64,000 bases of DNA. Source: Candidatus Aminicenantes bacterium (lineage in GTDB: Bacteria; Acidobacteriota; Aminicenantia; Aminicenantales; Saccharicenantaceae). Both the position numbers and the translations under genes were made by a program. The notes below the pieces were generated by a model. It worked only from the letters and a program-made list of their open reading frames with translations, was not told the origin of the DNA and did no database searches. The stretch lies in the NCBI GenBank assembly GCA_963784525.1, contig CAWART010000001.1:339729-403728 (forward strand). Direction: 5' to 3'. This document shows, piece by piece, positions 1 through 8,584 of this stretch (positions are counted from its first letter, which is position 1; each line of letters begins with the position of its first letter).

Positions 1-565
1 GGAAGTTCTCGGTGGCCCGGAGCGTCTGGATGCCGTAGTAGAACTCGAAAGGCACCTCCCGCTCCCCGAGGAGGTCGTGTTCGGTCCGCGTCCGGCCGGA
101 GATATATTGCGCCGCCGCGTCCACGACCTGGTTCGTCGTCTGGCGCATCCGCCGGGAGATGACCCGGGCGACCCGGGACAGGACCTTGACGACCAGGTCG
201 GCATCCGCCCGCATGAGCTCCCGGACGGCCTCCCGGGAGACGGTGAGGACGATGGTGTCGCCCACCGCCCTGGCGGAGGTCCCGTGCGGGTAATCGTCCA
301 TCAAGGCGCCCTCGCCGAGGAAGTCGTATTTCCCGAAGAAGGCCAGCCGCTTCTCTTCGCCGAGGGGGCTCTTCTTGAACAGTTCGACCTTCCCCTCGAA
401 GATCATGAAGAGGCGCTGGCGGGGCTGGTTCTGCTCGAACAGGAGAGCGCCCGCCGGAAACGTCCCGACCCGCGTCTTCGAAACGAGCAGGGCCCGCTCG
501 CCCGCGTCCAGGTCCTCGAACAGCTCGATGCCCTTCAGAAATTCGCCGATCTCATTCGCGTTCAT
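1..565 (-). CDS. cNMP-binding domain fused in frame to class II fumarase/aspartate ammonia-lyase; 5-prime-partial, start ATG at 565 (rc), runs off the window
   Basis: Reverse-complement translation from 565 gives MNANEIGEFLKGIELFEDLDAGERALLVSKTRVGTFPAGALLFEQNQPRQRLFMIFEGKVELFKKSPLGEEKRLAFFGKYDFLGEGALMDD... (cNMP-binding beta-roll). It continues without a stop into ...EHDLLGEREVPFEFYYGIQTLRATENF, which matches the aspartase/fumarase N-terminus (E. coli AspA [27 protein letters not shown]). The long plus-strand ORF 77..916 is its GC-rich shadow. Confidence 0.7.
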   Translation of the reverse strand, partial: MNANEIGEFLKGIELFEDLDAGERALLVSKTRVGTFPAGALLFEQNQPRQRLFMIFEGKVELFKKSPLGEEKRLAFFGKYDFLGEGALMDDYPHGTSARAVGDTIVLTVSREAVRELMRADADLVVKVLSRVARVISRRMRQTTNQVVDAAAQYISGRTRTEHDLLGEREVPFEFYYGIQTLRATENF

Positions 566-1202
566 GATCGCACTCCGTCCCGTCATTGTATCGGGAATCA
601 CCGGATAATGCCAAACCCCTTCCTCTCCCTCTTTTCCGGCGGCTTCTGCCGCGGGATCGCCGGCTCAGGACTCAGGGACATCCCTCCGGAAGACGCGGAA
701 TGGCCCCGGCGAGTCAATTCCGCTCCCCTTTCGGTCCGCGCTCTCCCCGACCTGTCGGTACGGGGAACCGTGCCCGCTCGGACCTCCAGAGGGCTTCCGT
801 CAGGATATCCCCTCCGTCCCTCGCGCGGCGATCCACCTCAGTCCCGTGGGGTTACCCCGAGACCTTGTTTCTGGGCGAGCGCCAAGGATCTTTGCTTGGT
901 CACTGCGGACACTTAACATAGCTCTGCCATCCCGGGTTCACGGGTTGGGGGCGCGATCGGGGCGGACCGAGCGAACGTTGGAGGGTTCAACCCGCCCGAA
1001 GCCGATCTCAAGGGGATCCGCGCGAGGGTGTCCGGCCGCGTCGCGAAAGATCACCCACGATGAAAAGGGCACGAGGGGTTGAAGGAACAGGCTTTCTTTT
1101 CTCGCAATGAGGTCATGGATACGAAGACCATGCGCCGAGAGGGATCAGGAACAGAGAGAGACCGGGGTGAGGAGGCCCTCCCCGTAAGCCCCAGCTTGGA
1201 GG

Positions 1203-1233
1203 GAGCGTAAATCCCCCCCCAGCCCCCCTTTTC
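1203..1233. repeat. C6-loop-G6 hairpin element copy (CCCCCCCCAGCCCCCC-TTTTCCAAA-GGGGGG), downstream of pta
   Basis: Same consensus as the elements at 35609, 54484 and 62986. Located in the 3-prime intergenic region. Confidence 0.55.
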
Positions 1234-1344
1234 CAAAGGGGGGTAGTCCATTGGGCCTCCGAAGCCAGGGAGGGGCGGCCTTCGAACCCCGGAAGGCACG
1301 ACCCGAGCCGGGAATTCCTCAACTGCGCGAAAAGAGAGGCGCTC

Positions 1345-2325
1345 CTATGCCATCAGCGAGCAGATGGCCGCCACGTTCACCATGTCGTCGGCCGAACAGC
1401 CGCGCGACAGGTCGCAGAACGGCTTGTTCAAGCCCTGGACGATGGGCCCGACGGCTTCGGCGCCGCCCAGGCGCTCGGTGAGCTTGTAGCCGATGTTGCC
1501 GGCGTCAAGGTCCGGGAAGACCAGGACGTTGGCCTTGCCGGCGACGAGACTGCCCTTGAACTTCCGCTCGCCGATGGCGGGGACGAGGGCGGCGTCGGCC
1601 TGCATCTCGCCGTCGAGGAGGAGGGCGGGGGCCTTCTCCTTCGCGATCTTGACGGCGCTGACGACCTTGTCCACGTCGGCGTGGGCGGCCGAGCCCTTCG
1701 TCGAGAACGAGAGCATGGCGACACGGGGCTCTTCGCCGGTCACGGCCTGGAAGTTCCTGGCCGAGGTGATGGCGATGTCCGCGAGCTGGGCGTCGGTCGG
1801 ATTGGGGACGACGGCGCAGTCGGCGAAGCAGAGCAGGCGGCCGGGGAGGACCATGACGAAGTAGCTCGAGACCGTGGAGATGCCGGGAGCCGTTCCGACA
1901 GTGTGGATGGCCGCGCGGATGACGTCGCCCGTCGAGGAGAGGTTCCCGCCGACGACGGCGCCGACCTTGCCCGTGGTGAGCATCAGCCCGGCGAAGTAGA
2001 GGGGCGTCTTCGCGGCCTCGACGGCCTGTTCCATGGTCCAGCCCTTGGCCTTCCGCTTGTCGTAGAGAAGAGCGACGAGCTCGTCCTTCCAGGCCGAGGC
2101 GGCCGGGTCGACGATCTCGATGTCGCCGAGCGGTCTCCCGCCGTCCGCGGCGATCTTGCGGATGGCGCCGGGATTCCCGACGAGCAGGGGAACGGCGATG
2201 CCCTCGGCCTTGAGGGTCAGGGCCGCCTGGACGGTCCGGATGTCCTCGGCGTCCGGGAAGGCGACGCGCAGGCGCCTGGCGGCGGCTTTGGTCCTTATGT
2301 CACGGATGAAGGTATTTTCGCTCAT
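1345..2325 (-). CDS. pta: phosphate acetyltransferase (short-form Pta)
   Basis: 326-aa ORF with Pta family motifs ([30 protein letters not shown]). It sits immediately downstream of ackA on the same strand. Confidence 0.9.
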   Translation of the reverse strand: MSENTFIRDIRTKAAARRLRVAFPDAEDIRTVQAALTLKAEGIAVPLLVGNPGAIRKIAADGGRPLGDIEIVDPAASAWKDELVALLYDKRKAKGWTMEQAVEAAKTPLYFAGLMLTTGKVGAVVGGNLSSTGDVIRAAIHTVGTAPGISTVSSYFVMVLPGRLLCFADCAVVPNPTDAQLADIAITSARNFQAVTGEEPRVAMLSFSTKGSAAHADVDKVVSAVKIAKEKAPALLLDGEMQADAALVPAIGERKFKGSLVAGKANVLVFPDLDAGNIGYKLTERLGGAEAVGPIVQGLNKPFCDLSRGCSADDMVNVAAICSLMA

Positions 2326-2340
2326 GGGTCTCGGCTCTCC

Positions 2341-3588
2341 TTACCACATTCTCTCGACGTTCTTGACGACGCGAACGGTGTCGCGGGCGAGGAGCAGTTC
2401 CTCGTTGGTCGGGATGACGTAAACGGCCACCCGGCTCCCTTCCTTGGAGATGCGCCCGGCCTTGCCCCGGACGGCCTGCTTGTTGAGCTCCTCGTCGAGC
2501 TCGATCCCCAGGCCCTCCAGGTTGGCGCAGATCATGCTCCGGATGCGGGCGCCGTTCTCGCCGATGCCCGCCGTGAAGATGACGGCGTCGCAGCCGTTCA
2601 TGTCGGCCATGTAGGCCCCGATGTATTTCTTGACCCGGGCGGCGAACATGGCCAGGGCCAGATGGGCGCGCTTGTTGCCGTCGTCGGCCCCCTTCTCGAG
2701 GTCGCGCATGTCGTTGCTCAGGCCGGAGACGCCCAGGACGCCGCTCTTCTTGTTGAGGATGTTGAAGATCTCGGGCACGGTGCCGACGCCCTTGGCGAAG
2801 AGGTACTCGACGATGGCCGCGTCGATGTCCCCGGACCGGGTCCCCATGATGAGCCCTTCGAGAGGCGTCAGGCCCATGGTCGTATTGATCGAGACGCCGT
2901 GCTTGATGGCGGCGGCCGAACAGCCGTTCCCCAGGTGGAGGGTGATGACGTTGACCTGCTCGCGCGACTTCCCGACCATCTTCCGGTAACGGTAGGCCAC
3001 GTAGCGGTGCGACGTGCCGTGGAAGCCGTAGCGGCGGACGCCGAACTTTGCGTACAGGTCGTAAGGAATGGCGTAGAGATAGGTTTCCTCGGGCAGGGTC
3101 GAATGGAAGGCCGTGTCGAAGACCGCGACCTGAGGGATCTTTTCGCCGAAGATCTCGGTGCAGGCGTAGATGCCCTTGAGGTTCGGCGGGTTGTGCAGGG
3201 GGGCCAGGTCCGCGCATTCCTCGATCTGCTTGAGCACGTCCGCGTCGATGCGGACCGATTTGGTGAACTTTTCGGCCCCGTGGACGACCCGGTGCCCGAT
3301 GGCGTGGATGTCGTCCCAGCCGTGGACGCCGGAGATGTGGGTCCCGGCCTCCTCCATCCAGGCCTTGATGCGCATGATCGCGGCCCGGTGGTCGCCGAGG
3401 GGCTCGACGGCCTTGAAGGCCTCGGCGCCCTCGGCCTGGAACGTGATGATGGCTTGCTGACTGCCGACCTTCTCGATGAGGCCCTTGGCGATGCAGCGAT
3501 CGGCATCGGACTCGAAGAGCTCGAGGTCGGTGTTGATGATCTGGAACTTGACGGAAGAACTGCCGCAGTTCAGCACGAAAATGTTCAT
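2341..3588 (-). CDS. ackA: acetate kinase
   Basis: MNIFVLNCGSSSVKFQ... N-terminus, HLGNGCS and FTAGIGENG motifs. The ATG at 3588 is preceded by GGAGGT. The ORF-track start at 3672 is an upstream in-frame extension. Confidence 0.9.
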   Translation of the reverse strand: MNIFVLNCGSSSVKFQIINTDLELFESDADRCIAKGLIEKVGSQQAIITFQAEGAEAFKAVEPLGDHRAAIMRIKAWMEEAGTHISGVHGWDDIHAIGHRVVHGAEKFTKSVRIDADVLKQIEECADLAPLHNPPNLKGIYACTEIFGEKIPQVAVFDTAFHSTLPEETYLYAIPYDLYAKFGVRRYGFHGTSHRYVAYRYRKMVGKSREQVNVITLHLGNGCSAAAIKHGVSINTTMGLTPLEGLIMGTRSGDIDAAIVEYLFAKGVGTVPEIFNILNKKSGVLGVSGLSNDMRDLEKGADDGNKRAHLALAMFAARVKKYIGAYMADMNGCDAVIFTAGIGENGARIRSMICANLEGLGIELDEELNKQAVRGKAGRISKEGSRVAVYVIPTNEELLLARDTVRVVKNVERMW

Positions 3589-3821
3589 GAATGCCACCTC
3601 TCCTTCATGGTATTTATGATGGGTATGATCATGAAAAAGGCATGTTATCACGAAATATCGGGGATTGTCCATAAAAGGTGCGGCCCCGTTCTCTTGACCC
3701 TCCGCCGACGTTCGGATGGGCCTTTCAAGGGGGACGAGGAGCGCCGCTCAGGGTCGATCCCGCTGTCCCCCGGCGCGCTTACGGGGCCGCAGCGGGATTG
3801 ACAGGGCGAGGGGATTGCATT

Positions 3822-4400
3822 ATGAACGTGATGATGAGGCGGATCGCGCTCGGCTTGGTCCTTTTGGCCGCACTTGGCGGTCTTTCCCGGGCCGCTATCC
3901 GCCTGGAGATCGGCATCCTCGGCGGCACGCGGACCGTCAACAGCGCTGACATCAAGGCCGTCTATGGGAACGGCGCGGTCTTCTACCCTTATCTGGCCGT
4001 CCACCCCTGGAAGGGATTATTCATCGGCGCCGGCTACGAGGGCGGGTATTCCCGGAAGGGGACGATCGGCATCTTCGCGGAGCCGACGACCCTCCGGATC
4101 GTCGGAGCCGAGGTCTTCGCCGGCTACCAGATCCAGGCCCGGAACGTCTCTCCCTATGTCAGGGTCGGTTACGCCCGCTATTCCTACAGGCAGACCATCG
4201 ATTCCCCTCACATCGGGGACCGGGCGGCCGACGGGAACAAATGGGGGCCGACCTTCGGAGGCGGCCTGAAGCTTTCCCTGTCCGGGGCCCTTTTCGTGGG
4301 CGGCGAGATCCGGTTCGTCCCTCTCAAGGTCAAGCCCTTCGAGGACGAGGTGGACCTGGGGGGGATGCGGTATACGGCCGGCCTTGGACTGAAATTTTAG
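3822..4400 (+). CDS. small outer-membrane beta-barrel protein (OmpW/OmpA-like barrel), signal peptide
   Basis: MNVMMRRIALGLVLLAALGG signal peptide, alternating amphipathic beta strands rich in G/Y, C-terminal ...GLGLKF with terminal Phe. Internal ATG at 3822 chosen from the ORF 3678..4400. Confidence 0.6.
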   Translation: MNVMMRRIALGLVLLAALGGLSRAAIRLEIGILGGTRTVNSADIKAVYGNGAVFYPYLAVHPWKGLFIGAGYEGGYSRKGTIGIFAEPTTLRIVGAEVFAGYQIQARNVSPYVRVGYARYSYRQTIDSPHIGDRAADGNKWGPTFGGGLKLSLSGALFVGGEIRFVPLKVKPFEDEVDLGGMRYTAGLGLKF

Positions 4401-4415
4401 ATATCAGATATTAGG

Positions 4416-4445
4416 TTGGAAAAGCCGGAACATTTGGAATATAAT
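4416..4445 (+). promoter_or_regulatory. sigma70-like promoter upstream of korAB (TTGGAA-N18-TATAAT)
   Basis: TTGGAA at 4416-4421 and TATAAT at 4440-4445 lie in an AT-rich island between two GC-rich genes. Confidence 0.4.
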
Positions 4446-4481
4446 AGAGAACCACTCTTTCCCTAAATCATACAAGGTTGG

Positions 4482-6326
4482 ATGAGCGCCATGGACAAAA
4501 AACCTTTCCGTTCGGATGTCGACTTCGTCGTGAGGATCGGAGGCGAGGCCGGCGAAGGCGTGATCAGCTGCGGCGAGCTCTTCGCCCAGGCGGCCGCCCG
4601 CACGGAGTACCACGTCTTCACCTACATCACCTACCCGGCGGAGATCCGGGGAGGCTTCTCCATGGTCCAGGTCCGCATCCGCGACTGGACCATCTATTCC
4701 ATGGGGAACGAGATCGATTATCTCGTCGCCTTCAACCAGGAGGCCTACGACCGGGCCGCCGCGAGCCTGAAGAAGGGCGGCATGCTGATCTACGATCCCG
4801 ACGTCGTCACGGTCCGGGAAGACCCCGACATCGTCTTCCACGCCATCCCCCTGAACAAGATCGCCCGGGAGACGACCGGCGGGACCCAGTCCAAGAACGT
4901 CGTCGCCCTCGGCGCCCTGGGCCACCTCTTCGACGTCCACGCGGACACGCTCCAGAAGCTCGTCCGGGACCGGTTCGGCAAGAAGGGGGCCGAGGTCATC
5001 GAGAAGAACATCAAGGCCCTCGAAGCGGGCTACGCGGCCGGCCTGAAGAACGGCTGGGAGCGCCGGTTCCGGCTGAGCTCCGAGCTCGAGGCCAAGACCC
5101 GGTACATGATGCTCTCGGGAAACGAGGCCATCGCCCTGGGCGCCATCGCCGCCGGCTGTCGCTTCGTCGCCGGCTACCCCATCACCCCGGCGACGTCGGT
5201 CTTCGAGACCCTGTGCAAGTTCATGCCGCGGGTCGGCGGCCGGGCCGTCCAGATGGAGGACGAGATCGCCTCCATCTCGGCCATCATCGGCGCTTCCTTC
5301 GGCGGCGAGAAGGTCATCACCGCGACCTCCGGGCCGGGCCTCCAGCTCATGGGCGAACAGCTCAACCTGGCGGCCATGACCGAGCTCCCCATCGTCATCG
5401 TCGACGTCCAGCGCGGCGGGCCCTCGACGGGCCTCCCGACCAAGACCGAACAGTCCGACCTGAACTTCGCCGTCCACGGACTGACCGGCGACTCCCCGCG
5501 GGTCGTCCTTGCGCCGGCGACGGTCGAGGACTGCTTCTACCAGACCCTGCGGGCCTTCAACATCTCCGAGCGGTTCCAGGTCCCGGTCATCATCCTCTCC
5601 GACCAGTCCATCGGCTTCCGCAAGGCCACCGTCCGGCTCCCGGATTTCGACCAGATCCGGGAGGTCGAATGGCGGAACATCATGGACTCCCCGGTCATCC
5701 CGAGCGCCACCAAGATCGAGCTGGCCTCGAGGATCGGGCCGGCCGCGGAGGAGCTCGCGGATTACCGGCGGTTCCGCTATACGGCGGACGGCGTTTCTCC
5801 CATCACCCGCCCGGGGATGCCCGGCGGCCAATACCTGGCCACCGGCCTCGAGCACACGGAAAAGGGGTACCCGGACTATTCGCCGGAGGTCCATCACCAG
5901 ATGACGGCCAAGCGCTTCCGGAAGCTCGAGGTCCTGTCCAGCCTGTTCGAAAAGAACCCGCCCGAATATTACGGCTCGCGGGATGCCAAGATCGGCGTCA
6001 TCGGCTGGGGTTCGACCGAGGGCGCCATCCGGGAGGCCCGCTACATGGCGGAGAAAGAAGGCGTCCTCATCCGGCACCTTCATCCCAAGGTCATCTCGCC
6101 CCTCCCGGACCGCCAGATCCGGTACTTTCTGGCCGAGCTCAAGCACGTCCTCATCGTCGAGGAGAATTTCACCGGCCAGTTCGCCCACTTCATCTCCGGA
6201 AAGTTCGGCATCCGGCCCATCGAGGTGCACAAATGCCAGGGCCTGCCGATCACGTCCCGGGAGATCTATGCCAGCATCATGAAAGTCGCGAGGATCACCG
6301 ATGAGCAGAACATTACAAGATTATAA
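4482..6326 (+). CDS. korA: 2-oxoacid:ferredoxin oxidoreductase, fused gamma/alpha subunit (KorA-like)
   Basis: 614 aa with the GYPITPATS motif and an N-terminal POR gamma-like domain fused to the alpha domain. Confidence 0.85.
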   Translation: MSAMDKKPFRSDVDFVVRIGGEAGEGVISCGELFAQAAARTEYHVFTYITYPAEIRGGFSMVQVRIRDWTIYSMGNEIDYLVAFNQEAYDRAAASLKKGGMLIYDPDVVTVREDPDIVFHAIPLNKIARETTGGTQSKNVVALGALGHLFDVHADTLQKLVRDRFGKKGAEVIEKNIKALEAGYAAGLKNGWERRFRLSSELEAKTRYMMLSGNEAIALGAIAAGCRFVAGYPITPATSVFETLCKFMPRVGGRAVQMEDEIASISAIIGASFGGEKVITATSGPGLQLMGEQLNLAAMTELPIVIVDVQRGGPSTGLPTKTEQSDLNFAVHGLTGDSPRVVLAPATVEDCFYQTLRAFNISERFQVPVIILSDQSIGFRKATVRLPDFDQIREVEWRNIMDSPVIPSATKIELASRIGPAAEELADYRRFRYTADGVSPITRPGMPGGQYLATGLEHTEKGYPDYSPEVHHQMTAKRFRKLEVLSSLFEKNPPEYYGSRDAKIGVIGWGSTEGAIREARYMAEKEGVLIRHLHPKVISPLPDRQIRYFLAELKHVLIVEENFTGQFAHFISGKFGIRPIEVHKCQGLPITSREIYASIMKVARITDEQNITRL

Positions 6327-7155
6327 GAGCTCCGTTAAACCCATCTGGTGCCCGGGCTGCGGAAATTACGGCGTCTTCAAGGCCATCCAGCAGGCGCTCT
6401 TCGACCTGGACCTGGCGCCGGAGAACATCGCCATGGTTTCCGGGATCGGCTGTTCGGGGCGCATCTCCCACTTCTTCAATACCTACTCCCTGCACGGGAC
6501 GCACGGCCGGGCCGTGCCGACGGCCCTGGGCATCAAGGCGGCGCGGCCGGACCTCCACGTCCTGGCCGTGGGCGGCGACGGGGACGGCCTGAGCATCGGC
6601 GGAGGCCATATCTCGCACGCCTGCCGCAAGAACGCCGACTTCACCTACATCCTGCTGGACAACGAGATCTACGGCCTGACCAAGGGCCAGGCCTCGCCCA
6701 CGACCCCGCTCGACGTCCGCACGAAGACCTCGCCCTACGGCGTCTACGAGAGCCCGATGGAGGCCATCCCGGTCTTCGTGGCCTACGAGGCCTCGTTCGT
6801 GGCCAGGGTCAGCGCCATCCAGGTGCCCGAGATGACGGATGTCATCCGCCAGGCCATCGCCCACAAGGGTTTCTCCATCGTCTACGTCCTGACGCCCTGC
6901 GTGACCTACCCTGTCCTGGACGCCAAGACGCTCAAGTCGAAGCTCGCCCCCCTGCCGGCCGATCATCCCCGGACCGATCGGATGAAGGCCATCGAGCGGG
7001 GCTACTCCAAGGAACCCGTCTACACCGGCGTTTTCTACGAGATCGACAAGCCGACGCTGGGGGACAACCTCGAAGAGCAGATCCGTGGCCGCGGCGGCGA
7101 CCAGGTCGAGGACGAGCTCGAGATGATCAAGAAGCTCCTCTACGGATACACCTGA
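6301..7155 (+). CDS. korB: 2-oxoacid:ferredoxin oxidoreductase beta subunit (TPP-binding)
   Basis: IWCPGCGNYG N-terminal Cys motif and the GDG..LSIGGGH TPP-binding region. It overlaps the korA 3-prime end by 26 nt. Confidence 0.85.
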   Translation: MSRTLQDYKSSVKPIWCPGCGNYGVFKAIQQALFDLDLAPENIAMVSGIGCSGRISHFFNTYSLHGTHGRAVPTALGIKAARPDLHVLAVGGDGDGLSIGGGHISHACRKNADFTYILLDNEIYGLTKGQASPTTPLDVRTKTSPYGVYESPMEAIPVFVAYEASFVARVSAIQVPEMTDVIRQAIAHKGFSIVYVLTPCVTYPVLDAKTLKSKLAPLPADHPRTDRMKAIERGYSKEPVYTGVFYEIDKPTLGDNLEEQIRGRGGDQVEDELEMIKKLLYGYT

Positions 7156-7174
7156 GTCGGGACGGAGGGATGAC

Positions 7175-8584
7175 GTGGACAAGAAAATAAAGCTGTTCCT
7201 GAGCATCCTGGCGCCGATCATCGTCCTGGCGATCCCCGCCGACGCCTTCGGCATCCCCGGCCTCACGGTCATCGAGCACCGGATGATCGCCCTTTTCTTC
7301 ATGGCCCTCTTCTTCTGGGTCCTCGAGCCCATCCCCCTCTACGCGACGTCCCTCCTCATCATCCTCGGCGAGCTCGTCTTCGCCTCCGACAACGCGTTCG
7401 TCCTGCTCCGGTCGAAGGCCGAAGGCTACGGCACGCCCCTGCCGTGGAAGGCGGTCATCGAGACGTTCGCCGACCCCATCATCATCCTGTTCCTGGGCGG
7501 GTTCTTCCTGGCCATGGTCTCGACCAAGTACGAGCTCGACATCAGCCTGGCCCGCCTCGTCCTGAAGCCGTTCGGGACCCGGCCCAAATACGTCCTGTTG
7601 GGCTTCATGATCGTCACCGCCGTCTTCTCGATGTTCATGAGCAACACGGCGGCGACGGCGATGATGCTCGCCGTCATGGCGCCTGTCCTGAAGTCGCTCG
7701 ACGTCCGCGACAAGGCCCGCGCGGCCTTCGTCCTCGCCGTCCCGTTCGCGGCCAACATCGGCGGCATCGCCACGCCCGTCGGGACCCCGCCGAACGGCAT
7801 CGCCCTGAAGTACCTGACCGGGGCGAACCAGATCAACTTCGGGTCGTGGATGGCCTTCGGCGTGCCCTACATGATCATCGTTCTCCTCTTCGCCTGGGGC
7901 CTGTTCCTCTTCTTCTACCGGTCCGAGACAAAGGAGATCCGCATCTCCATCGCCGGGAAGTTCCGGAGGAACTGGAAATCGATGACGGCCGCCGTCACGT
8001 TCGCCGCGACCATCCTGCTCTGGATGACGGACTTCCTCCACGGCATGAACCCCTATCTCATCGCCCTCGTGCCGGTCGTCGTCTACTCGGTGACCCGCAT
8101 CATCTCGGTCGCCGACCTCAAGCAGATCGACTGGGACGTCCTCTGGCTCATGGCCGGAGGCATCGCCCTCGGCCTGGGCCTCGATAAGAGCGGGCTGGTC
8201 ACCCATATCGTCAAGAGCATCGCCTTCGGCTCGCTCTCGCCCCTCCTCATCATCCTTCTCGTCACGATCATCACCATCCTCATCGCCTCGTTCATGTCCC
8301 ACACGGCCACGGCCAACCTCCTCCTGCCCGTCATGGCCGTCCTGGGAACGACCGTCCCGAGCCTGGCTTCGGTGGGCGGGACCAAGGCCATCATCCTGGC
8401 CTCGACGTTCGCCTCCTCGCTGGCCATGGCCCTGCCCGTCAGCACGCCCCCCAACGCCCTTGCCTACGCCACGGGCGAGGTCAAGACCAAGGATATGGTC
8501 AGGACCGGAGTGCCGATCGGGATCTTCGGCCTGCTCCTCGTCTATGTCATGCTCTTCATCATGAGGCGCGTGCATTTCCTATGA
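7175..8584 (+). CDS. DASS-family (SLC13-like) Na+/anion (di/tricarboxylate or sulfate) symporter
   Basis: 469-aa polytopic membrane protein with the duplicated TPPNGIALKY and VSTPPNALAYATG hairpin motifs typical of DASS/ArsB-NhaD superfamily transporters. GTG start with a GGAGGGA SD. Confidence 0.8.
   Translation: MDKKIKLFLSILAPIIVLAIPADAFGIPGLTVIEHRMIALFFMALFFWVLEPIPLYATSLLIILGELVFASDNAFVLLRSKAEGYGTPLPWKAVIETFADPIIILFLGGFFLAMVSTKYELDISLARLVLKPFGTRPKYVLLGFMIVTAVFSMFMSNTAATAMMLAVMAPVLKSLDVRDKARAAFVLAVPFAANIGGIATPVGTPPNGIALKYLTGANQINFGSWMAFGVPYMIIVLLFAWGLFLFFYRSETKEIRISIAGKFRRNWKSMTAAVTFAATILLWMTDFLHGMNPYLIALVPVVVYSVTRIISVADLKQIDWDVLWLMAGGIALGLGLDKSGLVTHIVKSIAFGSLSPLLIILLVTIITILIASFMSHTATANLLLPVMAVLGTTVPSLASVGGTKAIILASTFASSLAMALPVSTPPNALAYATGEVKTKDMVRTGVPIGIFGLLLVYVMLFIMRRVHFL

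Noticed and set aside
566-1344. Searched the long spacer for RNase P, tmRNA, SRP RNA and 6S hallmarks
   Set aside because: None of the signature motifs were seen (GGAAAGTCCGGGC, the ANDENYALAA tag reading frame with a TCCACCA end, the SRP GGAA tetraloop domain). Left as an unexplained spacer rather than calling an ncRNA.
1681-3801. 706-aa plus-strand ORF antisense to pta-ackA. Similar long antisense ORFs at 4404..6230, 7127..8575, 10662..12920, 15299..17164, 15649..18405 (5-prime part), 21451..23799, 25556..27769, 30543..32258, 32985..35687, 46744..48822, 52241..54124 and 55978..58782
   Set aside because: All overlap strongly supported genes on the opposite strand or another frame. They have R/G/P/D/A-dominated low-complexity translations typical of stop-codon-poor shadow frames in about-68%-GC DNA, and have no recognisable motifs.
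4478-6304. 608-aa alternative-frame ORF co-directional with korA
   Set aside because: Frame +1 shadow of korA. Arg/Pro/Gly-rich nonsense translation, whereas the 4482 frame has the POR/KOR motifs.
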